Assembly: GCA_016184305.1 (NCBI GenBank)
Contig: JACPCX010000177.1
Coordinates: 1-63,207 of the forward strand
Reading direction: 5' to 3'
Source: Candidatus Rokuibacteriota bacterium
GTDB taxonomy: Bacteria > Methylomirabilota > Methylomirabilia > Rokubacteriales > CSP1-6
Length of the DNA: 63,207 bases
Shown: piece by piece, positions 48,372 to 58,323 of the stretch
How the letters are laid out: the number at the start of each line of letters is the position of its first letter
How positions within the stretch are numbered: position 1 is the first letter of the stretch
Program-made: the position numbers and the translations under genes
Notes under the pieces: generated by a model
The model's input: only the letters and a program-made list of their open reading frames with translations
What the model was told of the DNA's origin: nothing
Database searches by the model: none

Positions 48372-48743
48372 TCAAAGCGGCGGGGACCCGAGGACCCGGC
48401 TCACCACCTGGGCCAGGCCCGAGGCGGAGAACGGCTTGACGACAAATGCCGATGCCCCGGCGGCCATCGCCGCCTGCCGGCTCTCGGCCGACGGAAAGCC
48501 CGTGATGACGATGGCCGGGGCCGGTACGGGCGCCGTCCGGGCGGCGCGCACCACATCCAGCCCGTCCCCGTCGGGCAGCCTCAGATCGGAGACGACCAGA
48601 GCCACAGGCTCCGATCCAAGGAGAAAGAGCCCCTGACACCTCGAGTCAGCACAGACCACCCGGTACCCCTGACGCCTCAGGAGGCGCTCGTAGGTTACAC
48701 GCAAATCCGCCTCGTCGTCCACGACCAGGACGAGGTGCGGCAT
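48372..48743 (-). CDS. Single-domain response regulator
   Basis: VVDDE, SDLRLPD, ITG, KPF. Confidence 0.9.
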   Translation of the reverse strand: MPHLVLVVDDEADLRVTYERLLRRQGYRVVCADSRCQGLFLLGSEPVALVVSDLRLPDGDGLDVVRAARTAPVPAPAIVITGFPSAESRQAAMAAGASAFVVKPFSASGLAQVVSRVLGSPPL

Positions 48744-48766
48744 GCCCTCCCCTCGACCCGCCGGCC

Positions 48767-49195
48767 TCAGCCCTTGACTCCCGCCCTCTGCTCGGCGCTC
48801 TTGACGAAGGCGCGGAGGATGTCCGTCTCGGTCAGGATCCCTATGACCCGCTCCCCGTCCACCACGGGGAGGGCCCCGATCTTGTGTTCCAGCATGAGCC
48901 GGGCGGCGTCCTGTACCTCGCGGTCAGGTCCCACGGTGATCACCGTCCTCGACATGACCTTGCCCACCGTCAGCTTCGCCAGCAGGTAGTTCACCTCCCA
49001 GACGGAGAGGCTCGTCGCCTGCGACGGCAGGTTGAGGCGGATGTCCCGGTCCGTCACGATACCCGCGAGCCGGGTCCCCTCGGTGACCAGCAGGTGGCGG
49101 ATCCGCTCCTTCAGCATCAGCTGCCGCGCCTCGAACACCGGTACGTCCGGTTTCACGGTGATCGGCTCGCCCGTCATCAGCTCTCTGATTCGCAT
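48767..49195 (-). CDS. CBS domain pair protein (AcuB-like)
   Basis: IRHLLV..GIVTDRD..KIGALPVV..TETD. Confidence 0.92.
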   Translation of the reverse strand: MRIRELMTGEPITVKPDVPVFEARQLMLKERIRHLLVTEGTRLAGIVTDRDIRLNLPSQATSLSVWEVNYLLAKLTVGKVMSRTVITVGPDREVQDAARLMLEHKIGALPVVDGERVIGILTETDILRAFVKSAEQRAGVKG

Positions 49196-50334
49196 CACAT
49201 CCTCCTCTCGGCGTGAGAGATGGACACCGCCGGCCTCGCGACCAATCGGCGGATCAACAGCAGCACTTCCTCCACGGTGGTCCAGAGCCCCTGCACGTGG
49301 GTGTGCAGCGTGAGATCGGGCTGGAGAGACTCCTCGTAGTCGAGCACGAGCTCGGCCGCCCGAGCGGCCGCGGGCGGCTCGGCACGGGCGGGCCGCGCGA
49401 AGCGGAGATCCCAGCGCGCGGCCCGCTCCCGCTCCACGCAGGTTTCCACGGGGCAGAGGAGCTGCACCTCGGCGAAGTTCGGAATGAGCCGCCGCGCCAG
49501 GTCGCGCCACGCGCGCCGCGGGGCGCCCGCGTCCACGATGACGCAGACGCCGGCCTCGGTGAGCACCTTGGCGGCGCAGACCAGCGTGCGGTGGATGATG
49601 TCCAGGGCGGCGGCCGGGGCGAGGGCGGCGGGGAGGACTTCCTCGCACACCTCCTCGGCGGTGATGACCCTCGCGGACAGCCCCCGCGCGGCCAGGGAGT
49701 CCCTGACCGCGCGCGCAAGCGTCGTCTTCCCGCTGCCCGGCCGGCCGGTGATCCAGAGCGCCCAGCCCGGGCTGGCGGGTTCCGGTCGCGGCGGAGCGGC
49801 GGGCCCCAGCGCCCGCGCCAGCGCCACGACGCGCAGGGCTGCCGCCGCCGTGTCCTGGACGTCGGTCCGCACCACGATCTCGGGGGACAGGGCCGGCTCG
49901 TAAGGGACATCGGCGCCGGGCACCGTGGCCCCGGGCTGCCCCGCGCGCGCATAGATGCCTGGCGGGGCGTGGCCCCCCGTCCGGCGGGCCTCACGCTCCC
50001 GGCATAGCTCCAGCGGACAGGAGATCTGCACCTCGGCGAAGCGCGGGATCCTCGCGCGCGCCAGGTCACGCCACGCCCGGCGATGCGCCGTGGCGTCCAC
50101 GATGACCGGGACGCCCTGCTCCGTGAGCTCCGCCGCCATGAGCACCAGCGCGCGGTACACGGCATCACGCTCCGCGTCACTGTAGGTCGGCGACGGTGTC
50201 AGCACCTTCCGGATTGCATCCAGCTCCAGCACGCTCACCGGCTCTCCGAGCGCGCGCAGCGCCGTGGCCGCCGCGCGGGCCAGAGCCGACTTGCCGCTGC
50301 CGGGAAGCCCCGTGATCCACATCGCCCAGCTCAC
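49195..50334 (-). CDS. Tandem adenylyl-sulfate-kinase-like (two P-loop domains) protein
   Basis: WITGLPGSGKS..IVDATAHRRAWR..VPYE, repeated as WITGRPGSGKT..IVDAGAPRRAWR..LDYE. Confidence 0.85.
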   Translation of the reverse strand: MSWAMWITGLPGSGKSALARAAATALRALGEPVSVLELDAIRKVLTPSPTYSDAERDAVYRALVLMAAELTEQGVPVIVDATAHRRAWRDLARARIPRFAEVQISCPLELCREREARRTGGHAPPGIYARAGQPGATVPGADVPYEPALSPEIVVRTDVQDTAAAALRVVALARALGPAAPPRPEPASPGWALWITGRPGSGKTTLARAVRDSLAARGLSARVITAEEVCEEVLPAALAPAAALDIIHRTLVCAAKVLTEAGVCVIVDAGAPRRAWRDLARRLIPNFAEVQLLCPVETCVERERAARWDLRFARPARAEPPAAARAAELVLDYEESLQPDLTLHTHVQGLWTTVEEVLLLIRRLVARPAVSISHAERRM

Positions 50335-51455
50335 GGCGCCGCTCCCAGGAGCGTCGGGATCCGGGCCGCATCGACGGGCCCGCCCTCCATCATGAGGCGC
50401 GCGAAGCGCAGGAGCGCAGTCCGGGTCTCGGCGGGCAGCACCGGGTACCACCGCGGGTGCGCGATCACGAGCGCGCGGAAGGCGAAGAACGGCGGCAGGA
50501 TCTCGCCCAGCTCAGCGTCGCCGCTCTCCTCGAGATACGTGTCCACGAACGTCCTGAAGAGCCCGAGGAATGGCTCCGCCACGCCCGCCCCGCCCAGGAC
50601 CGCGCTCCGCCTCAAGCCGAAGAAGAGGTAGTTCACGGCGAGCGCCGCCACGTCGTCGGCCGGCTCGCCCCACTCGCCGCGGCTCCGATCCAGCACCGAG
50701 AAGTCGGTGCCCTCGCGGAAGAGCAGGTTCCACGGATGGAAATCCCCGTGGACCCAGGAGAGGCGGTGGGCGCGACTGCGGAGCCTCCAGCGCCAGGACA
50801 CGGCCGCGCGCTCCAGGGCCTCGCAGGCCTCAGGCGGCAGGAGCGGGAAGGGGTGGGGATAGCTGTCGAGGATGCCCATGAGGCATTCGCCGTGGCCCAC
50901 GAGCTCGCGGATGCGCCGCTCGTAGAGCGTGGGCTCGCTGCGCTTGGCGGCGTGGGTGCCGGCGAGGAACCGGGCGAGTTCCCGCGCGCGCTCCACGTCG
51001 AGCGGCCGGGCCGGCGCCTTCAGCAAGCGCTCCAGGTCCAGCCAGTACGGCGCCCCGTCGGCCTTCTCGACAAGCTGGAAGAACTCGACGGCGTCCCCAG
51101 CCGAGACGAGCTCCCCCGACGCCCTGACGAGCCCCACGTCCACGCTCCTCACGTGGCGGGGAAAGCCGTTGTAGGCGGTGTGGCCGTATACCGCCTGCCA
51201 GACGCGGTCGGCGGGGTAGTCGTGGCCGAAGCCCTGAACGGGGCGCGTGCGCGCCACGACGAACAGGCGCGGCGCGCCGTCGATCCTGCACTCCACCTCG
51301 AACGGCACGCCGTAGCCGAAGCCCTTGGGATCCCCCGAGTCGGCATCCGCGGCCTTGAGCGGCCGCAGGGCGAGCACCTCGACGGGTCGGCCGAAGACCC
51401 CCGACAGATAGCGCGCGAGCCCCTCCGCGCCGATTGTGCCCGCCGGGCTACCCAC
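50331..51455 (-). CDS. APH/choline-kinase-like phosphotransferase
   Basis: VHGDFHPWN, LDRSRGEWGEPADD. Confidence 0.88.
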   Translation of the reverse strand: MGSPAGTIGAEGLARYLSGVFGRPVEVLALRPLKAADADSGDPKGFGYGVPFEVECRIDGAPRLFVVARTRPVQGFGHDYPADRVWQAVYGHTAYNGFPRHVRSVDVGLVRASGELVSAGDAVEFFQLVEKADGAPYWLDLERLLKAPARPLDVERARELARFLAGTHAAKRSEPTLYERRIRELVGHGECLMGILDSYPHPFPLLPPEACEALERAAVSWRWRLRSRAHRLSWVHGDFHPWNLLFREGTDFSVLDRSRGEWGEPADDVAALAVNYLFFGLRRSAVLGGAGVAEPFLGLFRTFVDTYLEESGDAELGEILPPFFAFRALVIAHPRWYPVLPAETRTALLRFARLMMEGGPVDAARIPTLLGAAP

Positions 51456-51490
51456 CGAGCGCGTCGGGCCGGGTCGCGGCGAATCCAGGA

Positions 51491-51506
51491 AGCCGCGCCC
51501 ATGCCA
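51491..51506 (-). promoter_or_regulatory. Candidate sigma54 promoter for the kinase genes
   Basis: TGGCATGGGCGCGGCT (GG-N10-GC, weak -12). Confidence 0.5.
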
Positions 51507-51534
51507 CCCGGACCACGTCGCGCCTCATGCCCCC

Positions 51535-51981
51535 CTACTTCCCTCGTATCGTGAGCACCGGGCAGCCCGCCATCGCGATCACGCGCTCGGCGACGCTGCC
51601 GAGGAAGAACCGTGCGAGCCCCGTGCGCCCATGCGTCCCCATCACCACGAGGTCCACGCGCTTGGCCTTCGCCGCGCGCACGATGCGATCGTACGGGACG
51701 CCCTCGAGCAGGAGCCCCTTCGCCCGCGCCCCGGCCTTCTTGGCCTTGGTCACCAGCGCATCCAGATGCTTCTGGCCCGCCGCGCGCGCAGAGGCCTCGA
51801 TCTCCTGGTACACCTTCGGCGAGATGTACCCGTCGCCGACCATCGGAATGGCCGGCGTCAGCACGTGGGCCACCAGGAGCTCTGCGCGGTCGGCCCTGGC
51901 CATCTCCACGGCCCTGGCGAACGCGCTCCCCGACGCCTTGGAGAAATCCGTGGGATGCATGATGCGGCGAAGCTTGCCCAT
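51535..51981 (-). CDS. Universal stress protein
   Basis: HPTDFS, DLVVMGTHGRTG..LGSVAERV..CPVL. Confidence 0.95.
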   Translation of the reverse strand: MGKLRRIMHPTDFSKASGSAFARAVEMARADRAELLVAHVLTPAIPMVGDGYISPKVYQEIEASARAAGQKHLDALVTKAKKAGARAKGLLLEGVPYDRIVRAAKAKRVDLVVMGTHGRTGLARFFLGSVAERVIAMAGCPVLTIRGK

Positions 51982-52003
51982 CGAGCGACTCCTCTCTGAT
52001 GCC

Positions 52004-52810
52004 CTACTCGAGGATCCGGATCTCCTCGCTGAGGGCGATGTGGCGCTGCCCGTGCGAGTCGTCTACCAGGAGGTGGCCGTCGCCGTCAACACCGAGGGCG
52101 CGCCCCTCGAACCCCCCGCCCTCTCCCCGGACCTCGATGCGCCGGCCCGTGAGAATGTCGCGCTCCCGCCAGGCCGCCAGGATCGGCTCGGGCCCGCCGG
52201 CCTTGTAGCGCCGCGCCCAACCGTCCAGGTGCGTCAGGTACGAGGCGGCCAGCGCGTTGCGGTCGACCTCCTGACCGAGAACCGCCGCCAGAGACGTGGC
52301 ATTCACCCCCGCCGGCCCCAGCGCCGCGCGCAGCGCGGACAGCGGGACATTGACGTTGATGCCGATGCCGAGGATCAGGAACTCGATCTCATCGCCGCGG
52401 GTCGCGCACTCCACCAGCGACCCGGCCACCTTCTTGCGGTCCACCAGCAGGTCGTTGGGCCACTTGATGGCCGGGCTCGGCCCCAGCTCCTTCACCGCAT
52501 CCGCCGCCGCCAGCGAGGCGATGAACGAGAAGCACGGCGCCTGCCTGGGCGCGAAGTGCGGGCGGAAGAGCACCGAGGCGTAGAGGTTGACCCCGCTGGG
52601 GGAGAACCACTCGCGGCCGAGGCGGCCTCGGCCCGCCCGCTGCGACTCGGCCAGGACCACGGTGCCCTCCACGGCTCCCTCGCGCGCCAGGCTCCGGAGC
52701 GCGACGTTCGTGGACTGCACCTCGCCGAACACGTAGAGCTGCCGTCCCACCGTGGACGCCCCGAGCCCTCGCCGGATCCCTTCAACCGACAGGAGATCCG
52801 TCGCGATCAT
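52004..52810 (-). CDS. birA: Biotin-[acetyl-CoA carboxylase] ligase (no HTH)
   Basis: STN, QRAGRGRLGREW, IKWPND, KKVAG, GIGINVN. Confidence 0.9.
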   Translation of the reverse strand: MIATDLLSVEGIRRGLGASTVGRQLYVFGEVQSTNVALRSLAREGAVEGTVVLAESQRAGRGRLGREWFSPSGVNLYASVLFRPHFAPRQAPCFSFIASLAAADAVKELGPSPAIKWPNDLLVDRKKVAGSLVECATRGDEIEFLILGIGINVNVPLSALRAALGPAGVNATSLAAVLGQEVDRNALAASYLTHLDGWARRYKAGGPEPILAAWRERDILTGRRIEVRGEGGGFEGRALGVDGDGHLLVDDSHGQRHIALSEEIRILE

Positions 52811-53283
52811 CGCGCAACCTCCCTGGCGGCACGGCTCGCCACCTCCGCCTCCGTCATCCGCATGAGCAACACCGGCAGCTGGGCGTGACGCAGCACGGCC
52901 TCCGCCACCGAGCCGAACACCAGGCGGCCCAGCCCGCTGCGGCCGTGAGTCGTCATCGCGACGAGGTCGGCGCCGATCTCGCGGGCGCAGGCGACGATCT
53001 CTGCTGCCGGATCGCCTCGACGCACGTGGGTCTGAGCCCGGACCGCCTTCGCGCGCAGCTCCGCGGCCAGAGGCGCCAGGTACTCCTCGGCATCCAGCCG
53101 CCTGGCCTCCACGTCCTCCACGACCACGTGGCGCGAGCCCTCGATGACCTGGGGCGGCACAGGCTGGAGGACGCGCAGCAGCGCGACCTCCATGTCGAGC
53201 GGACCCGCGATCTCCAGCACGAAGGGGAGGATCGCCTCGGCCACCGGCGAGCCATCGAGCGGGACGACAGCGAGCCTATACAC
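52807..53283 (-). CDS. Universal stress protein
   Basis: VPLDGS, MTTHGRSGLGRLVFGSVAE. Confidence 0.93.
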   Translation of the reverse strand: MYRLAVVPLDGSPVAEAILPFVLEIAGPLDMEVALLRVLQPVPPQVIEGSRHVVVEDVEARRLDAEEYLAPLAAELRAKAVRAQTHVRRGDPAAEIVACAREIGADLVAMTTHGRSGLGRLVFGSVAEAVLRHAQLPVLLMRMTEAEVASRAAREVAR

Positions 53284-53767
53284 GGCCCACCTCCCGGCTC
53301 GGCCGAGCCTGCCCCGCACCCTTCGGGGCCTCGAGCGGAGCCCCGGGCGCCCGCAGCAGCAGGATGGGCGTGGTCGTGCCGCGAAGCACCGACTCCGCCA
53401 CGCTGCCGAGGATCAGTCGACCGAGTCCGCTGCGGCCATGCGTGGTCATCACGATGAGGTCCCCCTTCTGCAGCCGGGCGGCCTCGATGATGGCCGTGGC
53501 AGGGGACCCGTACCACACGGAGGTCTCCACCCCCTTGATCCCCTCCTCACCGAGCCGCGCCGCCACGGCCGTGAGGTACTCCTCTGCTTCGCGCACGACG
53601 GCGACCTGGGCATCGGTAGGATCTGCCCCGGGTAGGGTGTGGGCCTCGGCCGCTCTCAGGAGCACGAGAGCGGCTCCGCTCTCCCGGGCCAGCCCCGCCG
53701 CGGTCTGGATCGCCCCTTCCGCCAGCAATGACCCGTCGAGTGGAACCAGAATGCGTTCGGGTTTCAT
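53276..53767 (-). CDS. Universal stress protein
   Basis: ILVPLDGS, MTTHGRSGLGRLILGSVAE. Confidence 0.93.
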   Translation of the reverse strand: MKPERILVPLDGSLLAEGAIQTAAGLARESGAALVLLRAAEAHTLPGADPTDAQVAVVREAEEYLTAVAARLGEEGIKGVETSVWYGSPATAIIEAARLQKGDLIVMTTHGRSGLGRLILGSVAESVLRGTTTPILLLRAPGAPLEAPKGAGQARPSREVGRV

Positions 53768-53819
53768 GAGCGCCTCCTCGTGTCGCCGGCCTTGGCCCTG
53801 CTCTTCAGGCCACTCAGCT

Positions 53820-53835
53820 AGCAACCGAGGTGCCA
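53820..53835 (-). promoter_or_regulatory. sigma54 promoter for the USP operon
   Basis: TGGCACCTCGGTTGCT, consensus-like. Confidence 0.85.
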
Positions 53836-53889
53836 GCGCCTGAACCTCAATAAACACGGGGTGTTGCGTGAAGAGGAGGACAGGCCCGG

Positions 53890-53926
53890 TGGGACCCAGC
53901 TTCCCCGGTGGGACACGACCGCCCCG
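53890..53926. promoter_or_regulatory. Tandem candidate enhancer sites
   Basis: TGGGACCCAGCTTCCCCG and TGGGACACGACCGCCCCG, 19-bp period. Confidence 0.5.
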
Positions 53927-53973
53927 GGAAGGCGATCGGTGGCGAGGGTGCAACGAGGGCCCGGGACGTGTCG

Positions 53974-55380
53974 CTACTTGATCTGGTACTTGCCGATGAG
54001 GCGGTGGAACGTCTTCCGGTCGATGCCCGCGGCCTTGGCCGCCGCCGAGATGTTCCCGCCGTGGCGCTCGAGCAGATCGCGCAGGTAGGAGCCCTCGAGC
54101 ACATGCATCCAGCGCTCCTTGGCCTCCTTGAGCGGCAGGTCGGCCCCGGACGTCAGGGGCTCGGAGGCCCCCCCCCCCACCGCGCGGCCCGGCTGGGCCT
54201 CCTGGCGCCTCCCGGCGGAGAGGATGTGCTCCGGAAGATCAAGCGTCGTGATCCGCTCTCCGTCGGCCAGCGCGCAGGCCCGCTCGATGATGTTCTGTAG
54301 CTCCCGCACGTTGCCCGGCCACGCGTAGGCCTCGAGGACAGCCAGGGTGTCAGCGTCGAAGCCCGAGAACCGCCCCTGCCCGTACTTCTTGAGGAAGGCG
54401 TGGGCGAGAAGCTTGAGGTCCCCCAGCCGGTCGCGCAGGGGAGGGAGCCGGATCTCGATGACGTTGACCCGGTAGTACAGCTCCTCACGGAACTGCCCTT
54501 TCGCCACCGCTTCGCGGAGATCCCGGTTGGTGGCCGAGACGAGCCGGACGTCCACGTCCATCACCGATGTCCCGCCCACGCGCCGGATCTGGCGCTCCTG
54601 CAGCGCGCGGAGCAGCTTGACCTGGAGCCCCAGCGGCAGTTCGGCGATCTCGTCGAGAAAGAGCGTGCCGCCGTCGGCCGTCTCCATGAGACCGAACTTC
54701 GTCCTGATGGCCCCGGTGAAGGCCCCCTTCTCGTGGCCGAACAGCTCGGATTCCAGCAGATTCTCCGGCAAGGAAGCACAGTCGACGGGAATGAAGGGGT
54801 GGCTCGCCCTGGGGCTATTGGCGTGCACAGCCCGGGCCACCAGCTCCTTGCCCGTGCCTGACTCGCCCATGACGAGGATGTTGGCCTCCGACCGGGCTGC
54901 CTTCTTGATCAGCTCGAACACCTGGACCATCAATGGGCTCCGCCCCACCAGGTTCTCGAGCCCGAAGGCCTCCTGCAGCTGCTCCCGCAGGTTCCGGTTC
55001 TCCTCGTGCAGGAGACGCTGCTTGAGGGCCCGCTCCACCGTCACGGTCAGCTGGTCCACCGAGAAGTTCTTGGGGAGGTAGTCGAAGGCGCCTTCCTTGA
55101 TGGCTTCCACAGCAGACTCGATGGTGGCGAAGGCCGTGATCATGATGACGGGCAGCGTGGGGTCCAGCTCCCGGGCCCGGCGCAGCACCTCGAGCCCGTC
55201 CATGCCGGGCATCTTCACATCCGTCAGCAGCACATCGGGGCGCTCCGTCTCCACCAGCGCGAGCCCTTCCTTCGGGTCCGTGGCGGTGAGGCACTTGAGC
55301 CCCGCCCGGCGAAGGATGCGCATGCAGTTCTCGACCATGTCCGGCTCGTCGTCCAGGATCAGGACACGTCGGGCGCTCAT
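53974..55380 (-). CDS. sigma54-dependent response regulator
   Basis: REC, GESGTGKE, GAFTGA, Fis HTH. Confidence 0.95.
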   Translation of the reverse strand: MSARRVLILDDEPDMVENCMRILRRAGLKCLTATDPKEGLALVETERPDVLLTDVKMPGMDGLEVLRRARELDPTLPVIMITAFATIESAVEAIKEGAFDYLPKNFSVDQLTVTVERALKQRLLHEENRNLREQLQEAFGLENLVGRSPLMVQVFELIKKAARSEANILVMGESGTGKELVARAVHANSPRASHPFIPVDCASLPENLLESELFGHEKGAFTGAIRTKFGLMETADGGTLFLDEIAELPLGLQVKLLRALQERQIRRVGGTSVMDVDVRLVSATNRDLREAVAKGQFREELYYRVNVIEIRLPPLRDRLGDLKLLAHAFLKKYGQGRFSGFDADTLAVLEAYAWPGNVRELQNIIERACALADGERITTLDLPEHILSAGRRQEAQPGRAVGGGASEPLTSGADLPLKEAKERWMHVLEGSYLRDLLERHGGNISAAAKAAGIDRKTFHRLIGKYQIK

Positions 55381-57017
55381 CCCCGGCTCCCCACGGCGAC
55401 TCCCGGAAACGTGATGACGAACGTGGTGCCCTTGCCCGGGTGGGACTCCACGTCGAGCGTGCCCCCGTGATCGCGCACGATCCCATGCGAGATGGACAGG
55501 CCGAGCCCGGTGCCATTGCGCTTCGTGGTGAAGAACGGGTCGAAGATCCGCGGGATGGTCTCCGGCGGAATGCCGGGGCCCGTGTCGCGCACCACGACCC
55601 GCACCGCCCCGGGGCGGCCGGGCACCGAGGAGGTCTCGATCACGATCTCTCCCCCCGCCTCGAGGGCGTCCCGGGCATTGGTCACCAGGTTCAGCACCAC
55701 CTGTTGCAGCGCGTTGCCGTCCCCGGACACCAGCGGTAGTCCGGGCGTGAGATTCCGCTTGAGCGTGATGCCGCCCTTCGAGATCTGTCTGTCCACCAGG
55801 AGCAAGGTTTCCTCCACCACTTGGTTGACGTCCACCGGGGCCTGCTCCCCGGGCGAGTGCCGGGCGAAGGACAGGAGGCCCTGCGCAATGCGGGCCACCC
55901 GCTGGGCGTTCCGATGCAGGACTTCCAGGTCATCGCGCACCTCGTCGGGCAGCGGCCGCGACTCGGCGTCGAGCCGCATGAGCTCGATGCGCGAGGAGAT
56001 GATGCCGATCGGGTTGTTGAGCTCGTGGGCGAGCCCCGCCGCCAGCATGCCCAGCGCCGCCAGCTTCTCGGCCTGGCGGGCCGAGCGCTCGAAGGCAACG
56101 CGGTCGCTGATGTCCTCCATGAGAAGCACGGCGCCCGCGGGCCGGCCGCCCTGACGCAGAAGGCTTCCCTTCACGTTGACGATGGCGCGGCCTCCCTGGA
56201 GCGTGTGGTATTCGAGCGCCTCGAGCGTGATCTCCTCGACCTCGCCCCGCAGCAGGCGCCCGAGATCCCGGCCCAGGAGCCCGAGCGGCACGCCCGGGAA
56301 GAGCTCGTCGTACCGCCTCCCGACGACGTCGGCCTCGGCGATGCCGTGGCGCGCTTCCATGGTCCCGTTCCAGGCCAGCACCCGCCCGGTCTGGTCCAGC
56401 GCCACCAGCCCCTCGCGCAGGCTTTCGACGACGCTCCGGATGAAGCGCTCGCGCGCGCGCGCCTGGGAGGTGAGCACGGCCACCTTGAGCCGCTCGGCCT
56501 CCTCGATCTGGGCCAAGATCCCGACGCCGATGGCCGTGCCGAGGAGCATGGTCAGCCGGATCGCCATGTTGGCCCACTCGATCTCGTTGATGGTCGGCCA
56601 TACCACGGCGAGATAGGCAAGGCCCGAACCCACGGCCACCGTGATGCCCCGCGTCGTCCCGTAGTAGTAGGACTGGACGCCGGCGATGAGCAGCAGCGAG
56701 AGAAAGAGCGTGCTGCCTGCCCCGGCCAGCCCGATGAGGGTGAGCGCGAAGCCCAGATCCGCCAGGAGCACGGCGACGTTCAGCCGCAGCAGCAGCCCAG
56801 GCTTGAACCACAGCCCGAGGTCCAGCGTCATGCTGTAGGCGAGGAAGGCCCCGACGGTGGCGACCAGGCTCCCCCACCCCGGGTGCGACCGCGGGGTGAG
56901 CAGGACCCACGTGATGCCGGCGATCACCGCGAGGGCCCGCAGCAACGGCAGCGCCAGCACGCGCGGGCCGCCCACGTGCCGCCCCAGCCGCTCCAGGAGC
57001 TCGCCCCATCTGTTCAT
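55377..57017 (-). CDS. Membrane PAS sensor histidine kinase
   Basis: About 5 TM, PAS, HELNNP, N box, DTGPGI, DPFFTTK, GTGLGL. Confidence 0.93.
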   Translation of the reverse strand: MNRWGELLERLGRHVGGPRVLALPLLRALAVIAGITWVLLTPRSHPGWGSLVATVGAFLAYSMTLDLGLWFKPGLLLRLNVAVLLADLGFALTLIGLAGAGSTLFLSLLLIAGVQSYYYGTTRGITVAVGSGLAYLAVVWPTINEIEWANMAIRLTMLLGTAIGVGILAQIEEAERLKVAVLTSQARARERFIRSVVESLREGLVALDQTGRVLAWNGTMEARHGIAEADVVGRRYDELFPGVPLGLLGRDLGRLLRGEVEEITLEALEYHTLQGGRAIVNVKGSLLRQGGRPAGAVLLMEDISDRVAFERSARQAEKLAALGMLAAGLAHELNNPIGIISSRIELMRLDAESRPLPDEVRDDLEVLHRNAQRVARIAQGLLSFARHSPGEQAPVDVNQVVEETLLLVDRQISKGGITLKRNLTPGLPLVSGDGNALQQVVLNLVTNARDALEAGGEIVIETSSVPGRPGAVRVVVRDTGPGIPPETIPRIFDPFFTTKRNGTGLGLSISHGIVRDHGGTLDVESHPGKGTTFVITFPGVAVGSRG

Positions 57018-57180
57018 CAGCCACAATTATACGGCCTGATGCCCCGGCGCCGGCGCCTCCCCGCCCCCGCCTCTCACGAGAGTTCCCTTCACCTGCCGGA
57101 CCAGGGACGGGAGCGAGACGAGCGAAAGGAGGGGTGACGTGGGACAGGAGCAGCCCTGTGTCATGCCCCCCCCTGAAACC

Positions 57181-58323
57181 TCAGTCCTCCACGTAGACTC
57201 CGTTGTGGCCGACGTTGTGGGCCGCCTTGGAGGTCGGGAAGTAGGTGAGCCCGTGGGGACCGGGATCGGTACGGATCGAACGGATCACTTCGCCGGTCGT
57301 CGTGTCGATGACGGCCACCTCGCCGTGGTACCGGCCGGTGATCCAGAACTGCTTGCCGTCCGGCGAGAGCTGCCCCATGTCCGGGCTGCCGCCGATCTTC
57401 CACTCCCGGACCACCTTCCTCGACGCGACGTCGATGATCGAAATGGATCCGCCCAGACGGTTGCTCACGTAGAGCGACTTCCGATCGTGGCTCATGAGGA
57501 TGCCGTGGGTGCCCTTGCCCGTGGGGATGAACGCGATCTGCTTCCACAGCTCCGGGTCGATCACGTGGACGCCGTTCTTCTTCTGGTTCGCGACGTACAT
57601 GAGATGGCTCCCGGGCACCCGCACGACGTCGATCGGCAGCCCGCCCACCTTCATCGTCGCCACCACTTCGAGCCTGGCGAGATCGACCTTCACGAGCCAT
57701 CCCGAGTACTCCGTGCTGGCCACGAGATAGCTCCCGTCCCGCGAGAAGGCCAGATGATCCACGCCGGGCTGCGGAATCGGCACGCTCTTCACCAGCGTCC
57801 ACGTCTTCGGATCGCGGAAATCGAGTCGCAGGTAGCGCTCCGCCACCACTATCGCGTACTTGCCGTCCGGGGTGAAGTAAAGGTTATACGGATCGAGCAC
57901 CGGGATCTCGCCCACGACCTTCGCGGTCGATGGATCGATGACCGTCAGAGAATTGCCCTTCGTGTTGTTGACGTAGAGCCGGGTCAGGTCCCACGACGGG
58001 GTGACGTGATGGGGCTCCTTGCCGGTCGGATAGGTTCCGATGATCTGATAGGTCTTCGGATCGATCACGTGCACGGTGTTCGCGATCGTGTTCGGCACAT
58101 AGACCCGCTCCGGATAATGCCCCAGGGCGCTCTTGCCGATCGCGTGCGGGTTCGCCACGGCCGGCAGGGTCACCGGGCCCTTCTCCGCCTCGACCGCGGG
58201 GGGCGGGCCCGCATCACGCCCGTGGCCGTGGGAGTCCGTCTCGGCTCCCTGAGCCACGGAGCTCAGGCTGAGGAGAAAGAACACCAGGAATCCCCTACGC
58301 GCGACCCGGCGTGCACGCCTCAT
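57181..58323 (-). CDS. Secreted YncE/YVTN beta-propeller protein
   Basis: Signal peptide and repeated YVxN..VID / PHH / PHG blades. Confidence 0.88.
   Translation of the reverse strand: MRRARRVARRGFLVFFLLSLSSVAQGAETDSHGHGRDAGPPPAVEAEKGPVTLPAVANPHAIGKSALGHYPERVYVPNTIANTVHVIDPKTYQIIGTYPTGKEPHHVTPSWDLTRLYVNNTKGNSLTVIDPSTAKVVGEIPVLDPYNLYFTPDGKYAIVVAERYLRLDFRDPKTWTLVKSVPIPQPGVDHLAFSRDGSYLVASTEYSGWLVKVDLARLEVVATMKVGGLPIDVVRVPGSHLMYVANQKKNGVHVIDPELWKQIAFIPTGKGTHGILMSHDRKSLYVSNRLGGSISIIDVASRKVVREWKIGGSPDMGQLSPDGKQFWITGRYHGEVAVIDTTTGEVIRSIRTDPGPHGLTYFPTSKAAHNVGHNGVYVED

Noticed and set aside
49195-50334. Assigning cysC / sulfate assimilation
   Set aside because: The domain is duplicated and divergent, and no sat/cysDN/cysH genes are in the window.
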